Source: Euryarchaeota archaeon UBA443
GTDB lineage: Archaea > Thermoplasmatota > Poseidoniia > Poseidoniales > Poseidoniaceae
DNA length: 64,000 nucleotides
Assembly (NCBI GenBank): GCA_002499195.1
Contig: DAKS01000022.1
Location: 2,097 to 66,096 of the forward strand
Direction: 5' to 3'
The position numbers and the translations under genes are program-made. Positions 63,909 through 64,000 of the stretch are shown in pieces; the first letter of the stretch is position 1, and each line of letters begins with the position of its first letter. The notes beneath the pieces were generated by a model, which did no database searches, was not told the origin of the DNA, and was given only the letters and a program-made list of their open reading frames with translations.

Positions 63909-64000
63909 ATGGACATTGAAACTGCGGCCAACATCGGTGAAGCCGTCAGCGGTATCGCCATCTTGTTCACGCTATTGTTTAGTCTTCGCCAAATGAAGCA
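63909..64000 (+). CDS. 5' end of an unidentified ORF running off the window
   Basis: The ATG at 63909 opens MDIETAANIGEAVSGIAILFTLLFSLRQMK..., which has no stop before the window end and contains a hydrophobic helix. Confidence 0.25.
   Translation, partial: MDIETAANIGEAVSGIAILFTLLFSLRQMK

Overview
This is a gene-dense window of about 50 genes on both strands, with many 4-nt ATGA start/stop overlaps and tail-to-tail genes with zero spacing. It reads as chromosome from a planktonic euryarchaeon. The archaeal signals are RFC small subunit, TFB with a TTTATATA box, ribosomal protein L40e, GatD, membrane-bound LonB, a tRNA-Met with a canonical bulge-helix-bulge intron, and a PGF-CTERM sorting signal. 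These sit among bacterial-type metabolic genes (MetK, RhlE-like DEAD-box helicase, PccB, PanB). The style resembles Marine Group II/III (Poseidoniales-like) genomes, but that is inference only because no search could be run. Housekeeping calls are aroE (5'-truncated), pccB, gatD, rfcS, aspS, metK, trmI, lonB, rpl40e, tfb, purA, panB, tRNA-Met(CAU, 55-nt intron) and tRNA-Ala(UGC).

The dominant feature is six very large exported proteins, of roughly 860 to 3050 aa. By ORF length they take about 38% of the window, and they use three different anchoring solutions.

The most interesting candidates are:
1. A 3050-aa protein made of seven tandem two-part modules. It and its neighbours share a cytoplasmic tail pattern of basic, then poly-acidic, then terminal Trp/Tyr motif or zinc ribbon.
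2. A single ORF fusing a GH1 beta-glycosidase to a sugar-1-phosphate nucleotidyltransferase, convergent with a compact GalK-type kinase. That kinase is translationally coupled to a secreted DNase I-like nuclease.
3. An aminophenol-type (amn-like) meta-cleavage set in which the non-catalytic LigB-type subunit is fused to a RidA-type deaminase. It lies next to an LLM-oxidoreductase / asparaginase-II / semialdehyde-dehydrogenase operon.
4. An acidic lipobox + PGF-CTERM protein carrying four LDL-receptor-class-A-like calcium-binding repeats. It sits between tRNA-Ala and a degenerate copy of the tRNA-Ala 3' end.
5. An APC amino-acid permease with a C-terminal EF-hand.

All functional calls rest on motifs read by eye. 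No HMM, BLAST, folding or composition software was run.
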